From Felis catus (Eukaryota): a stretch of DNA of 64,000 nucleotides. The position numbers and the translations under genes are program-made. Below the pieces are notes generated by a model. The model was not told where the DNA came from. It worked only from the letters and a program-made list of their open reading frames with translations, and ran no database searches. Where the stretch lies: positions 30,444,001 through 30,508,000 of the forward strand of contig NC_058383.1 of assembly GCF_018350175.1 (NCBI RefSeq). Direction: 5' to 3'. Positions within the stretch are counted from its first letter, which is position 1, and every line of letters begins with the position of its first letter. Shown here piece by piece: positions 25,191 to 36,712 of the stretch.

Positions 25191-25976
25191 GGGGGGGGGG
25201 GATTTGGACTTGGATGGAGCAAGCCAGGGGAGTGGGCTGACAGGGAACCATACGGTTAGATGCACATTACTATCAATATTCTACCTTAATCTGGGCCATG
25301 AGCTCACAGGCGCTTATCACATCACCCAAAATGATCAACTATTCGACATAACTAACCACACAAAATCAAGCCCTGCATGGAACAATGAGAGTCCACTCTA
25401 AACCAAGGAGTATGATCAGTCCAGTCTTGTGTGCCCGGCACATGGGAGATGTGTCTTGCATAGAGCAGATACTCAAAAGGTGCTTAATGGATAGAGAATT
25501 ACTTTGGCGGCGATGTGCAGGATCACAGAGAGATTGGAGAAAGACCAGCAAAGAGGGTGTGGCTGTATAACCCAGGCAAGGATACGCGGCGAGACAAGAC
25601 ATGGTGACAGGAAAGGACAGGGCAGTACCTGAAGATTTAATGCCAACGCACAATCCGCAGGACTCAGTGGCTGATTAGACAGGGAGACTGAGAGGGGGAG
25701 GAATCAAGGCTGGCAACCAGGTTCTGGAACCCCCCAAACTGATTAGAAACCATCCCATCACTTGAAGAGACTGGTGTCTGGCTTTTTCATCCCCCCAACA
25801 TTTTATTACAGAAACTTCCCAATACACAGAAAATTGGAAAGAATTGTATGGTGAAGACCCACATACTCACCATGTAGAGGCTACAGTCAGTACTTGGATA
25901 GATTTTCTTTCACACGATCTATCATTCATTCTATCCATTCTCCAGCCACTCCTCAACTCATCTTCTTTCACTAGTA

Positions 25977-26194
25977 TTTTTTTTTTAACATTAATTTATA
26001 TTTGAGAGACAGAGAGAGACAGAGCACGAGCAGGGGAGGGGCAGAGACAGAGGGTGAGACAGAATCCAAAGCAGGCTCCAGGCTCTGAGCTGTCAGCACA
26101 GAGCCCGACGTGGGGCTCAGACTCACGAACCCTAAGATCATGACCCGAGCAGAAGTCAGACGCTTAATAACCGACTGAGCCACACAGGTGCCCC
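25977..26194 (-). mobile_element. Can-SINE
   Basis: Antisense SINE; TSD ctagtattt/ctagtgttt. Confidence 0.93.
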
Positions 26195-27589
26195 TGCTAG
26201 TGTTTATGTTTTTAAGGAGAGGGTCCCCTTACTAGTTCCGTCACAATGCATTGGGAAGGAAACAAAGTTGAGGGAAATTTCTCACCTCCTTACACACAGA
26301 GACCAAACAGTATATGAGATGATCCCTAACTGTCCCCCACCCCACCCGAGGTAGCTGCACTCCTGTGGGGCTTTGATAATGTCATTCCCGTTAGATATTA
26401 AACAGATTACTCTGGAAACAAACACTATTGTCCTTAATTGTTCTTTATGTGAGTTTTATGGAGGTGGCAATTTGCATCACTGGCATTCGGTCTGGGGTTT
26501 GGAAACACACTCGCCACCTAACATTTCAAATTATTTACCATCTACATGGAGCATAATTAAATTCTGAGTGCTTCAAATAATACTCAAACGTCAGTTACAA
26601 TCAAAATTGACTCCTTAGGTTACATAATACTCCTCCTTCTTTATATAAATCAGCAATTGTAATTGGATGAAACAGGGCTACATTTATGAAAATTCTTCCC
26701 CAAGGGGGAATAGAAGTCAGGCTTGTTTCTTCCGGAAGAAACACTGAGCAGTCCCATTATCTGACACCGAGTCAGCGGTGCCATTTTGGTTAATGAAAGT
26801 AGGGTGGGGCAAATTCGGGCTTCCATTTTATGAGGTGGTGAACAGCACCCCATCCCAGGTGCCATCTACCCATTACCATGCTCACTCTCTCCCTCCCTCT
26901 CTCTCTTTCTCTCTCTCCCCTCTGTCTCTGCACCAGCTAGTCCCTAGGCAAGCTTTCTCCCCACCCCCACCCTTATTCACATCAAGCCATTAACTTCCTC
27001 TCCTTCTTCACAGCTCTGCTCAGGAAGCCCAAGAAGTTTTACCCAATTCTCCCCTCCCCCACCAACCCCCCCACTGGACTGTGTTCCCCACAGCACCACC
27101 TACTCCCATCTGTGGTGAGTCCCCTAAGGGGAGGGCCCATTTCTTTCATGTCTATGCTCAGTGCCTTGCCAGAGGATAACCCACCAAGGTCTACCCCTTC
27201 TCATTCACTCAACAGCTACTTGTTGAGCAAGTACTAGAAACTGTTCTAGGCACTTGGGACACAATGAGCACTTGGGTCAATGAGACAGGAAAGGTCCTCT
27301 ACCTTCCCGGAGCTTACAATCCAGGGGGAACGCCACACCCATAAGCGCACACACACACCCAGGACGGGAGCTGCCATGTTCCTATAAGGGTTCCATCTCC
27401 TTTTCAGCTGGAAAGACTGAGCTTTGATGCAAGAGAAACCTGGGCTCAAGCTATGAACCCTAGAATTCACTACATGGGTAGCTTCGGGCAAACTTAGATT
27501 AACCTCTCAGAACCCCAGTTTCTTCATGCATTAAACGGGCATTATAAAAATCTAGCTTACAGAGTAGGTTGTATAGACTCGATTTTTTT

Positions 27590-27616
27590 ATGTTTTTTTT
27601 TTTTTAAAGAGAGAGT

Positions 27617-27649
<33 letters not shown>

Positions 27650-27813
27650 CACAAGCAGGGAAGGGGCAAAAGGGGGGCAGGGGAGGACAGAGGATCTAAA
27701 GTGGGCTCTGTGCTGAAAGCAAGGAGCCCGATGCGGGGCTTAAACTCACAAACCATGAGACCATGACCTGAGCTGAAGTGGGACACTCAACTGAGTGAGC
27801 CACCCAGGTGTTC
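27590..27813 (-). mobile_element. Can-SINE inserted in a MIR
   Basis: Antisense SINE bounded by agactc(g/c)atttttt. Confidence 0.92.
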
Positions 27814-27831
27814 TTTAAGACTCCATTTTTT

Positions 27832-27844
27832 GTTTTTATTTATT

Positions 27845-27890
<46 letters not shown>

Positions 27891-28056
27891 CACAAGGGGG
27901 GAGGAGCAGAGAGAGAGGGAGACACAGAATCCAAAGCAGGCTCCAGGCTCTGAGCTGTCAGCACAGAGCCCGATGCGGGGCTTGAACTCGTGAACTGCAA
28001 GATCATGACCTGAGCTGAAGTCCTGTGCGTAACCGACTGAGCCACCCAGGTGCCCC
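27832..28056 (-). mobile_element. Can-SINE inserted at the same target site
   Basis: Antisense SINE bounded by aagactccatttttt on both sides. Confidence 0.94.
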
Positions 28057-28209
28057 AAGACTCCATTTTTTAATGCACGTAAAACATGTAGCCAGTGCCT
28101 AGCAGATAGTCTGTGCACAATGGTTTTCAGCAGTGATTATAATTATCCTCAGTCAGCCCACCACAAGAATCTTTAACATCTCCTTATCACATAAGGACAC
28201 TAAATGATT

Positions 28210-28597
28210 CCAAACCAATTTTATAACTCTGTTAGTAGTCATTCCTTCTGTACACTGGTATTTCCCATTCTCCTCCGACGGGGGAGGACTGGACCTTGCA
28301 ATGCCCCTGACGCCAGGCAGAGACATGCGGCTTGCTTTGGCCAGTGACACGTGAGTAGAAGCCTGTGAGAGCCACCACGTGACTTACTGTAGCCCGTTCC
28401 GCCCCGTCTCAGAGACTGACAACGTTCCAGAGAATGGACGTTCCGGTAAGTGGGCTTCCTGAGTGGGCAGGACTCAGAATAGAGCCTACTTGCAACCGCC
28501 TTGAGGCAGGAGTAATCAGCCTTTTTGGGTTAAGCCACTGAAGCGTTGGGACCATCTGTTACTGCAGCATAACCCAAACTAGGATGACTGATGCACA
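28210..28597 (+). mobile_element. MaLR solo LTR (old MLT1 subfamily)
   Basis: cttgctttggccagtga...gtgagtagaag; 3' end ttaagccactgaa...tgttactgcagcataacc...tgactgatgca. Confidence 0.75.
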
Positions 28598-29726
28598 ATC
28601 ATCCTGCCAAGCCCTGCTCCCCACAAAAATACCCAACATATTCTCCACTCACATGACTCCTTTTCCCGCATCATTCAAGCTCATAATGGTCTCCTCCCGA
28701 GACTCTCCGCCAACCTACGTGTTCTTTTGATTCATTGTAAGACCCATCTCTTTCTGAAAGTCTTCACTGGCTGACCTTCAGCCAGCCTCCTCTGTGGTCC
28801 CTGACACATCTGTGAAGTAGCATTTCCACCATGCTACTTCATTTCCTCTGTCGAAGGGGACATTCCAGTCAGAGCTAGGCCTGGAACCCGGGTGGTCTGA
28901 CTCAGGCTCAAGGTTTTGACTGTCACCCGCGTTTGACTGTAACGCTCACCGGCCTGAAAACCGTTTTGTTATTTAGCCCCTGGAAGTCACTTTGCAGTGC
29001 AAAGCCACAGCGTGGAATGATTCAGAGATTCTGAGAGGCAAAGATTCTCAGATTCAATGATTCAAAGATTCAGGAGAAAATATCTTTGGTCCAAACATAC
29101 AGGACAAAGTAAAGCATCTTTCCAAACCTCTGCAATGCCGCGGAGACGGTAGCAGAATGAGAATTAGCGGCAGGGGAGGCTGCATCTCCCACCTTTCAAG
29201 CTCAGAGATGATGCACGCAAGCCAGTGACCACAAAAGGACAGAAGAGAATCCAAAGGGCCACCCTCTTCAAAAATTAATGAGTTTCTTTTTCTAGAGCAA
29301 TCAGTGGGGTAAGCAACTCAGGATTGGTTCAAACATGTTGCCAAATGAAACTAATTGAGAATCGCAGTAAAAATTTGATTAGTCAGGAGGCTCTGGGTCA
29401 TCAGATTTTCTGATGAATTAATGTTTCACTAGAAATTTCTATCGGTTTAATGCTCACTGCCAAAAATGCTGCTCAAACAAATGAAGCTATTATCCTTCTT
29501 AATAAGCCAGGCTATTGAGTATGACTTCAAATCCCTCAAGGATGACCAAGGATCTTGTCAAATATCTGGGGCATCATCCATGTCTGCCACAGACCTCACC
29601 CACAAATTTTCTCTGAAATTTAAACAATTCCTGATTAGGCCAGGCCTACTCACAGTGCTACCCCTTTGTTCCTCAGTTATCACGGCCTGAATGGCCTTCC
29701 CTGGTCACTATGACTTAAATATTTCT

Positions 29727-29952
29727 TTTTTAATTTAATGTTTACTTATTTATTTTTGAGAAAGCGAGAGAGAGAGCACACGAGAGAGAGCAAGCGGGGG
29801 AGGAGCAGAGAGAGAGGGAGACAGAGAATCCCAAGCAGGCTCTGAGCTGTCAGTGCAGAGCCTGATGTGGGGCTCAAACTCACAAACAATGAGATCATGA
29901 CCTGAGCCAAAATCAAGAGCCAGAGGCTGAACTGACTGAGCCATCCAGGCAC
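29727..29952 (-). mobile_element. Can-SINE with a perfect 21-bp flanking direct repeat
   Basis: cactatgacttaaatatttct at 29706-29726 and 29953-29973. Confidence 0.94.
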
Positions 29953-31389
29953 CACTATGACTTAAATATTTCTAATCATCCTTAAACACCCAACTTCCAT
30001 AATCCCGACTACTTGGACAGAGCTAATAGCTCCAATCTCTGAGCCCCATCCCTCCCCACAATACTTAGCTCACCAGATCAAAATAGCTTTGACCACAATA
30101 TACGTGGCAATTCATTTGTTACCTTATGTGTCTCCCCAACCACCGCCTGACGATAACCCACACCCAACCAAAAATTCCTTGAAGAGCCAGGAATGTATCT
30201 TCTACAATTTTGTGTTCACAGCACCTAAAGACAGTGCTTAGCCATAAAAGGTACTCAACAAACACCTGCTGGGTGGGTGGATGGGTGGATCAGAGTCTTA
30301 TGCATATAGGTTAACATTATACAAGAGTTTGGATCTCAGTTGACTATGCATTAATCCCAAAACATTATGTAAATATAGAGAAATGAGTAGATATATAGAT
30401 AATACAGATGTAGATAGAAATAGTTCCAAGTTCAGAATAATTTTCACATTGAGTCACCTAAAAAAAAAAAACAGTGAATTGAGGATTCTGATTAATAGAC
30501 ACATTTCCCTTAGAATTACGGCTGGTACCATCAATGTGTATACGGCAGTTGGATTACATGTTTGACTTTCAAAATGATAGTCTGTGTTTTTAGGAGACAC
30601 CTTGGTCATTTCCACCAACCTGGCCTGGTTTCCCCCTTCTGTCAGCAAGAGGGTGTCAGTTTTCTTTTAGGGAACAGGTCTCTCTCCCACCAGATTCAAT
30701 TTTTGAGAAGTTATCAGTAAAGGCGGCCTGCCCTCTCCTGGCCAAGCAGTGGTCCAAGCTTGTCCAAACATACACTCTTCTCGCCATAACTGGAATCATG
30801 TGCATGTGAACACAAGGGCTCAACCTAGGTAGGCCTTCACAGCCATTCTCTAGATACCCTGGAAGTCCTGCTTCCTGTCCTTCCGAGGCCTCATCTTCAG
30901 CTCTTCAGGATGACCAGAACTGGGTTCTGTTGCGTGCCACCCAAGGACCCTGACCGTGCTGATGCTGGAGACCCTCTGCCATGCTCCCTCCCTGAGCCCC
31001 ACTCTCAATAACACCAGTTATGGGTGATAAGAAGGGCAAACATGCAGGGTCCAGAAAGGCAGACTTCATAAATCCCCTCCAAATAATATCTTGACACGAG
31101 AAGAGCCTTTCCCAAGGCCACAGAGCCAGTTAGTGGCAGAACTGAGGCCAGAACCCAGGTCTCTGGATCACTGGTCCTCTGTTCTTTCTTTCCACTGTCC
31201 CCATATCAGCAATGCCATCCTTACCTTGAGGAGTCTTAATACAAATATTTGTATCTTGAAATTTCTTAGGGATCTATCATCCACAGGGAGAGCGGCTGTC
31301 AAAATTCAATGTGTTACATATACATCATAAGTGGCATAGCTCACAGGTACTCAACAACAAAAAAGGCTATCATTAACATCTCCCGGTTT

Positions 31390-31562
31390 GAGAGCCAAAG
31401 CAGAAGAGACTCTTAAAAACTGAGAACAAACTGAGGGCTGATGGGGGGTGGGAGGGAGGGGAGGGTGGGTGATGGGTACTGAGGAGGGCACCTTTTGGAA
31501 TGAGCACTGGGTGTTGTATGGAAACCAATTTGACAATAAATTTCATATATTGAAAAAAAAAA
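31390..31562 (+). mobile_element. Young 5'-truncated felid L1 (3' UTR only) with poly(A) and TSD
   Basis: aagagactcttaaaaactgagaacaaactgaggg...gagcactgggtgttgtatggaaaccaatttgacaataaa, then A tail; TSD atctcccggttt at 31378-31389 and 31563-31574. Confidence 0.93.
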
Positions 31563-32082
31563 ATCTCCCGGTTTTATTATGTGAGATTTCTCTGCAGGAA
31601 AGCCACTGATGTGAAACTGGCCTTCTCTTGCCCAGTGTCCTGACAGCTTTGTGCTCAGAAATCAAGATGTACCATTTGCCCAGTGATGGTTCAAATGGCA
31701 TTAACTAGCTTGGTCTATAGTCCATATCTTTATGGGAATCAAGAATCTCTTCCTGAGTACCCCCAGAATAGAGCTGTCTATCGAAACACAAAGCCTACTC
31801 CCCATGACTATCTCTTTTCCTAAAGGATCTGCTCAGGCATGATCCCATATCATTCCAGAGAAGCTGATGGCATTTGAGAAGGAAAAGAAGGAAAAAAGGA
31901 AATTTTTCTTTGTATTGGACTCAGCTGCCAGGCTCTTTAGGAAAAGTATATAGGATGTAACAGCCTCCTAAGTGGGCCCTTGCTTCTACTCTTGCCCCAA
32001 AAGTCCATTAGCAGGAAAAATATTACCCAATCATACCATTCCACTGGTCAAAACCACCCACTGGTATATGGGTCATTTATAA

Positions 32083-32290
32083 TTGCAATGTCCAATATGG
32101 TAGTGGATAGTTATATGCAGCTATTCCAATATAACTCTGAATTCATTAAAATTAGATACAATTAAGAATAGAGTTTCTCAGTTGCATGAGCCACAGGTCA
32201 ATTGCCCAGTAGCCACACATGGTGAGTGGCTACCATATTGAACAGAGAGGTTCATCATCACAGAAAGCTCTACTGGAGAGTGCTGCCTTA
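32083..32290. mobile_element. MER3/MER33-like hAT-Charlie MITE
   Basis: tgtccaatatggtag...tagccacacatggtgagtggctaccatattgaacag...tactggagagtgctg. Confidence 0.75.
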
Positions 32291-32299
32291 GAAGGAGGT

Positions 32300-32825
32300 C
32301 TCAACTCCTTATCAGGGTCCGAAAGATTCTATATGACTTCACTCATTCCAATATCTCCGCTCATCCCATCAAGTGTCACCCACGTTCTTGCCCACTTGGT
32401 TCCAACCACACTGGACTTTTGTTTGGTTTTAGACCTTCCCAAATTATTTCCTGCCTTGGGACCTTTGCACCTACGGTTCTCTTTGACTGGAACACTCTTC
32501 CACTCTGCCCTACTGTTTCTTCTTATCTTTCAGGTCCTAGTTCAGGTTTTGCCCTTCCTAAGAACCCTCCCTGATCTCCCTAACTAATGGATTCTGCTAC
32601 CATAATAATCTTAGTGCTTACAATTACTGGAAATGTTCCTATTTATTTATGTTTGTTCTGTCCTCATGCCTGCCCCCGCCCCACATATACACACACGTAC
32701 TAGAACATAAACTCTGGGACAGCAGGGATTTTACCAAATTTATTTACAACCACATCTCTAGCGTCTAGAAGGTGCCTGGTATAGACTAAGGGCTCAAGAG
32801 AAATTTCAATGGAATGAATAGACTA
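32300..32825 (+). mobile_element. L2 3' end
   Basis: cctgccttgggacctttgcac...tagaacataaactc...gtgcctggtatagactaagggctcaa...gaatgaat. Confidence 0.75.
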
Positions 32826-33753
32826 ACTATAATGCAAAGACAGGCCAGAATCCATGGGGCAATCCTCTAAAGAGAAAGCTAATATGAATAACCCCGTGGG
32901 TACCACTAAGATTGAGCTGAACACTGAGCTGAAACGGAGCTGGGAAAGTCTGCCAAATACCGGCTTTCTCCATTTTTACAGGATTTTCTTTACTCTGGCT
33001 GCTTTGATTAATTGCCTCAAAGATCCACCCCAAGAACAACGGTGATGGCATTAATAATAATGGTGATCACAGAAATAATCGGGTACGGCACATGGCTCTC
33101 AGTGTTCATCCTCCTAAAGAGAGATGATCCACAGAACAGCACAGGGTGAGTAAGGAGATTCATGAATTTTTTAAACGACAGCATCCGCAGAGCACAGGGA
33201 GGGTGCTTGCCTCCCCAATTATGCACCAAATTAGGCCACAGTTCCCCCACCCCTCCCCAAGCTTCAGAGGCTGACTCATGCTTCATGGGAAGACCTTTTT
33301 CCCATTCAAGACCGGGCAGCCAGCCAAGAAACAAGCGGGCTTCTGCCTGCCTCTCCAGCGCGGCCAGACACGGCCCGTATCTCCCCCACCGCCTCCCTCC
33401 CCAGCAGCGAGCACAGGCGATCTGAGCTTCCTGGCTCCCAACAAAGGCTGCAGAATTTACTAGACAGCCCACAAAGCAGGCAAGCCAAGGGGTCCTCACG
33501 CCTTCCCTGCACAAACTCAGGATCTGGAAGGGAAATAAGGTCAGCCGGTGTCATCTTTTAAATGCTTGACCCAACATTTTGATCGTGTCATTTAGGCTGG
33601 AAAGTGAGCACCTTTGAAGACTGGGCAGTGTCCACTGTTCCTGCCCAGGTCCCAGGTGTGGGTCTTCAGGGAGTCCCTGGTTCCCCTTCTCTCCAAATGC
33701 CCACACTTTCAAACTCTAATTACCAATCAATCTCAGTCTTGTGTGATGAGTGC

Positions 33754-33797
33754 TTCATTCATTCATTCATTCATTCATTCATTCATTCATTCATTCA
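33754..33797. repeat. (TTCA)n microsatellite, likely an L2 tail
   Basis: About 11 units followed by antisense L2-end-like sequence. Confidence 0.9.
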
Positions 33798-34127
33798 ATG
33801 AGTATTTCATGTGCTTAGTTACTGTAACTCAGGACCGAAGGCTTTTCTAGGCACTGGAGAAAAAGAAATGAATTAAGAGGATTAAAAACCATTGCCCTCC
33901 TGGGCTCACCATCTTCTCAACTCGCTTGAAAACATAGACCCCTGAAAAGCAGGGATATTATCTGCTGTTCTTTTTGCTATTATTACTGCATATTTAGATA
34001 CATAAAAGGAAATAAAAGACAACCTGATTTACTCAAACTCAGATAAAAAAAAAAATAAGAAATTAGCACTACACCAAAAGCCCCCTCTGTAGCCCCGCCC
34101 TCCCTCCTCTCAAGATACCCACTATCA

Positions 34128-34338
34128 GGGCGCCTGGGTGGCTCAGTCAGTTAAGTGTCCGACTTCGGCTCAGGTCATGATCTCGCGGTCCTTGAGTTCG
34201 AGCCCCGCGTCAGGCTCTGTGCTGACTGCTCAGAGCCTGGAGCCTGTTTCAGATTCTGTGTCTCCCTCTCTCTCTGACCCTCCCCCGTTCATGCTCTGTC
34301 TCTCTCTGTCTCAAAAATAAATAAACGTTAAAAAAAAA
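34128..34338 (+). mobile_element. Felid Can-SINE
   Basis: TSD aagataccc(c)actatc. Confidence 0.95.
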
Positions 34339-34760
34339 AGATACCCACTATCCTGGATGTGGAGGTTACCATTCCCATGAACCCCTTCTTCACCTTAATC
34401 TAGTGCGTGGTCTCAATAGTCTGTTACATTGTTTTGCCTATTTCAAATTGTGTATATATCTTCCAACACTGACTTTGTCCTACACTATCATTTAAAGCAC
34501 ATTGTTTCAGTTCATTTGTTTACTTGTTGCTTCCAATGCAAGCTTAACACAGAGGAATAATATCACACAGAAAAGTGTACATATCGTAAGTGCACAGAAC
34601 GATGAATTTCCATAGAGTGAACACAGCAGCATAATCAGCAGCCAAACGGAAAGAAAAAAAAAAAAAAGTCCCAGCAGCTGCCTTTCCATTCACCAGTCAC
34701 CACCTAGGGTAACAAATTTCATTGCAGTTTCACCATAAATTAATGGTGCTTGCTCTAGAA

Positions 34761-34972
34761 TAGGGATTGGCAAACTGCAAATGGTGGGCCAAATCCATTC
34801 TGCCACCTGTTTTTATAAATAAAGTTTTATGGGAACACAGCCGTGCTCATTTATGTATGGTGCATGGTTGCTTTTGCACGAGAATGGCAAAGCTGGTGAG
34901 CAATCGAGACCATACTGCCCACAAGCCTAAAATATTTACTGCTGTCTTTACAGAAAACTTTGCTGACCCCTC
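34761..34972. mobile_element. MER58A-like hAT-Charlie MITE
   Basis: TIRs tagggattggcaaac / tttgctgacccct; 8-bp NTCTAGAN target duplication ctctagaa/ttctagag. Confidence 0.9.
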
Positions 34973-35312
34973 TTCTAGAGTCTCACATCCAGGGAATCAT
35001 ATGGTCTGTATACCTTTGGGTTTGCCTTCTTTTACTCACAGCCTAAGAGACTCACACATGTAATTGTAGTTTGTTCATTCTTGCTGATGTGTGGTATTCC
35101 GTTTTATGATCACACCACGATTTATTTACCCATTTTACTGTTGACGGATGTTTGGGCTGTTTCCATTTAGGGCTATTATGAAGAGTGCAGCTATAAACAT
35201 CCATGCACACATCTTTTAGCGTAGTTCATTCATTGTAATTACAGGAAGGTAATCCATTATATAAATATACCATAATTTATTTATTCATTCACCTGACAGT
35301 GGATATTTGGAT

Positions 35313-35487
35313 CAGTGGTTCCAAACCCGTCTGCACCTTGGAGTTACCCGGGAGATTCAAAGCACAGTGACAGCTGTGTCTCACCCCCAGAGATTATGAT
35401 TTACTTGAAATGGGTCATAGCCCGGATTTTGGAATTTTTTAAACATCTCCAGCGATTCTAACAGGCAGACAAATTTGGGAACCAATG
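35313..35487. mobile_element. MER5-like MITE
   Basis: cagtggttccaaac ... tttgggaaccaatg terminal repeats. Confidence 0.8.
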
Positions 35488-36429
35488 AATTAAGTTGGCT
35501 ACAATTTTTTCACTGTTAACACTGCAATAACTATTCTTTGCAGGTTTCCCTGTGCCCGTGACACTCACTTTCTTAGGATCTACACCTAGGAGAGAAACTG
35601 CTCATTCAGATGGTATCAGCATCTTCAACTTTCCAAGAAGTTTCCAAATTGGTTTCCAGAATATTTCCGCCAAGCAATGTCCTGTCTTACTCATTTCTAG
35701 ACCCCTAGAAATTATCACATGCAGGAGACACTCAGGAAACTTCCGCTGAAAGGCTCTAAGCAGGCAAGAATTCAAAAGATAACCCAGACAACAGCCTTCC
35801 TTCCAGAAGATAAGTATTTAACCATCTCAGATAGGTCGGTGTCTTTCCCAGGTTCAAAATCTCAGTGACCGTACCTGGCAGCCTCCTCGGAGATTTCTTC
35901 TACTTGTCATGTACTCGCTTGACAAACACTCTTTAGTTTGCTACGAGCCAGGGGCAGCGCTAGAAAATGAATGCAAAACGGCTTCCCAGGCTTCAGAGGA
36001 AGAGAGTTATGTATGTGGGTCATGCCAATGCAAAGAAAGGGATTTTCACAAAGACCGCGGCGGGTGTAGGAACTAGCACACACCCTAAAGGGCACACACA
36101 GGTTCTGTTTCAGCCGCTTTCCAGCTATGCAACCTTGAGCAAGTGACACAGCTTTTCCAAGCCTCGGATTCCTCACCGGTAAATGAAGATACAGATGCCC
36201 TCCTTGCGGAATTACCAGGAGGACTGTCAAACACGTGGGATCTGAGATGGGGGAAGCTCTTAACAACGGGGAACATACAAAACGGAAGAGGCATTGGAGC
36301 TTGGCCTTGAAAGTCAATGGGGGGCTTTGGACACAGTGGGGCTGGGGCATTGGAAATCCCCCAAGGGACAAAGTCACTGAGGCCAGAAAGCCAAGGGTTC
36401 TTCAGAAAGTACCTGAGTATCCAGTTTTG

Positions 36430-36610
36430 ACCAGTGCCACCCTATTCTTCCCTCCAGGGGACATGGGGCAAAATGTCAGGAGACAGTTTGGGTTGTTATT
36501 ACTTGAAAAATGCAAATGGCACCCAGTGGCTGGAGTCCAGGGACACTGCTATGCTTCCCACAATAGACCTGGACCCCAACAGAGATTTATCCAGGCCAGA
36601 GTGCCAGGGT
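36430..36610. mobile_element. MER20-like MITE
   Basis: cctccaggggacatggggcaaaatgtcaggagacagtttgggttgt...ggagtccagggacactgcta. Confidence 0.75.
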
Positions 36611-36712
36611 CAGACCCCAGATTCAATGTAGTAGGTTTAGAAAATGTTCCCCATTCTTCCGTTCCTGAGATAAGCACTGTCTTTACTGTTTTTTTCTCAT
36701 CATTCATCTCAA

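Larger units (their letters stand above)
34350..35700 (-). mobile_element. Old L1M fragments interrupted by MITEs
   Basis: tttatttacccattttactgttgacggatgtttgggctgtttcca; acacctaggagagaaactgct. Confidence 0.7.
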
